From Lama glama (taxonomy: Eukaryota), in contig CM052816.1 in NCBI GenBank assembly GCA_028534125.1, positions 33,544,001 to 33,608,000 of the forward strand: a stretch of 64,000 nt of DNA. Direction: 5' to 3'. Position 1 is the first letter of the stretch, and the number at the start of each line of letters is the position of its first letter. The notes under the pieces are model-generated. The model did no database searches. It saw nothing but the letters and a program-made list of their open reading frames with translations, and was not told the DNA's origin. The position numbers and the translations under genes were made by a program. Below are positions 62,136 to 64,000 of the stretch, piece after piece.

Positions 62136-62310
62136 CAAATGTTCTCATTTTGGCTGCACAATAGAATCACCTGGGACACTTTTTAAATATTTGAAGCTCA
62201 GGTAACAGCCCAGATCAATTAAACCAGAAGCTCTTGGGATAAGGCCAAGGCATTAGTAATTTATAAACTGCCCCTGTGATTACTGTGTACAACCTCTACC
62301 AAAAGCTCTG
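62136..62310. mobile_element. hAT-Charlie MITE, MER5A-like
   Basis: gttctcattttggctgcacaatagaatcacctggga...cccagatcaattaaaccagaagctct...ggcattagtaattt...cccctgtgatt. Confidence 0.8.
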
Positions 62311-62740
62311 TGGCCATAGCATTTAAACTCACCTAATCAGTTTTCTGATGGTTCTTCTACAAGACAGTTTCTTCATCTAAAAATTTTTGCTCATTGATAA
62401 TAAAAACATATATATAAATATAATATATATTTAATGCATATAAATAAATCATTGGCATTGCCTTGAATATTATTTTCTTATAGCATGAATTGAAAGATGA
62501 GTAAAAAAAGAAATAAATGCAGTTTGTGTTATAAACCCCCCAAAAAAGAAAGATAAACACATGCAACTGATGTTTACATTACTATCCAAACATGTATTTC
62601 TCATTCTAAGTAAAACTGACTAGTAGAAAGTCAAGCTAATATAATTAATGACAGAAAATATTGATCAAAAAATTTCCTCACTCAGTGCCTCAAATTTAAG
62701 GGATTTCTTCCGATCAGGAATCTTCACCTGTTAGGTGGTT

Positions 62741-62771
62741 TCGCCATCTACTGGAAAAATGTGATATTGCG
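62741..62771 (-). promoter_or_regulatory. Candidate CTCF site with upstream (zinc finger 9-11) module
   Basis: Minus strand cgcaatatc-acattttt-ccagtagatggcga: core matches CCASYAGRKGGCR; upstream TGCAxTxxC-like module 8 nt away; CpGs retained. Confidence 0.65.
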
Positions 62772-63710
62772 CCTCACTCCTTGCATCCAGAGGAGACACT
62801 CCTGGCAAAACATGAGCGCTATCCTCCACTAACAACCAATGTGGAGTAAGAATGCCTCTGCCCATAAGGGGCCTATGATTTACTTGAGGGGATGTATGTT
62901 GTTTCTGGCCCCATACACATATTCAGCTACCCTCCAAGTAGTCTTGGCTCTTTAGTAGAGGCTAGTACTAGCAAATCTGATGCCAGATGTGAATGTGAAA
63001 ATTGGTGGTAAACCAAATTGTGCTTCGATACTGAGAAAGTATTTATGGAGAAAATTTTAAAATTTTCCTGTGGATTAAACTAAAATATCAAAGATTTACA
63101 GATCCAGACTATATTAAATTATAAGCCTCTCCTGATTTCTTAAATTATTATTAAATTACACTTTGCTATTATCAGCCTAACTGGAAGGACACTGTAACAA
63201 ACACTGAGTTGCCTTCTCCACATCCACTCACCCTTTCTACCACATTAACAGAATTCCAGTTTTGTTCCAAGCAAAATCGTTCCAAGCTACAAAACTCAAT
63301 GTCTAACACTCCATCCCCTTATTAGGGCCTCCATATGACACAATTCCCAACAATGGGATGTAAATAACATTCTGATAGTAAAACAATAATCTTTTATTCC
63401 TTACTAACCAAATCCAGTTTTTTTCCAAACTAGCAATGTGTCCAAGAGTTGGGAACACAGTGACTGATTAGTTTCGCTTTTTCACATTAACTTCTAGAAG
63501 GCTGAGCCAAGCATGCAGCTCTTCTTTAACAAGGAGGGCTCTGTAATGTGCAGTAGTTCTAGTTTCACTTTACATCTCCACAAAAGATTTTCATTTTTCT
63601 TTTCACCTGTTTCCACAAACACTATTTTGCTGCACTTATCCCATTAAACCACCTTAAATTTTTTCTAAAATAAACCCTATAGAAGAAGAAACAAGGAGGG
63701 TCAAAATACA

Positions 63711-63766
63711 TAGAAAAAGAGCAAAGAAGAGAGGAAAAGGAGAGAAAGAGAGAAAGAGAGAAAGAG

Positions 63767-63821
<55 letters not shown>

Positions 63822-64000
63822 AGAAGGAAGGGAGGAAGGGAGGAAGGAAGGAAGAGGGAGGAAGAGAGGGAGGAAGAAAAAGAAGGGAAAAGAAAGGGAG
63901 AGGGGAAGGGAGAAAGAGAGGAAGGAAGGAAAGGAAGGAGAGAGGGAGGTAAGAAGAGAGAGACAGACAAGGAAAAAAGGGGAAGAAAGGGAGGAAGAAG
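63711..64000. repeat. Purine-rich compound microsatellite, (GAGAGAAA)n/(GAAA)n/(GGAA)n, truncated by the window end
   Basis: Uninterrupted purine run 63723-63949. Confidence 0.95.

Overview
A repeat-dense, AT-rich mammalian intronic/intergenic window with no complete host gene, no RNA gene and no CRISPR. Two tRNA-Ala-headed SINEs resembling the camelid vic-1 family and several young L1 3' ends point to a camelid genome (inference from recalled consensus sequences). Most of the sequence is transposon-derived: layered ancient and young LINE-1, L2, MIR, MaLR/ERVL/ERV1 LTRs and two kinds of DNA-transposon MITE. Nearly all ORFs in the supplied track are L1 fragments or noise. The most interesting items are: (1) a young ~2.95 kb ORF1-only 'half-L1' with a CpG-rich 5'UTR and most of ORF2 removed (43962-46914); (2) a reciprocal L1 lacking ORF1 and the endonuclease, with a 5'UTR ATG fused in frame to RT (30282-33980); (3) two candidate + strand exons (24070-24149, 38506-38555) that splice in phase to give a GPI-signal-like C-terminus of an unidentified protein; (4) an LTR-like 3' end retroposed by L1 machinery (8272-8472); (5) a four-level nested insertion stack (10483-13375); (6) an extended CTCF site (62741-62771). 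Repeat family names come from memory of consensus sequences, not from a database search, and old-repeat boundaries are approximate.
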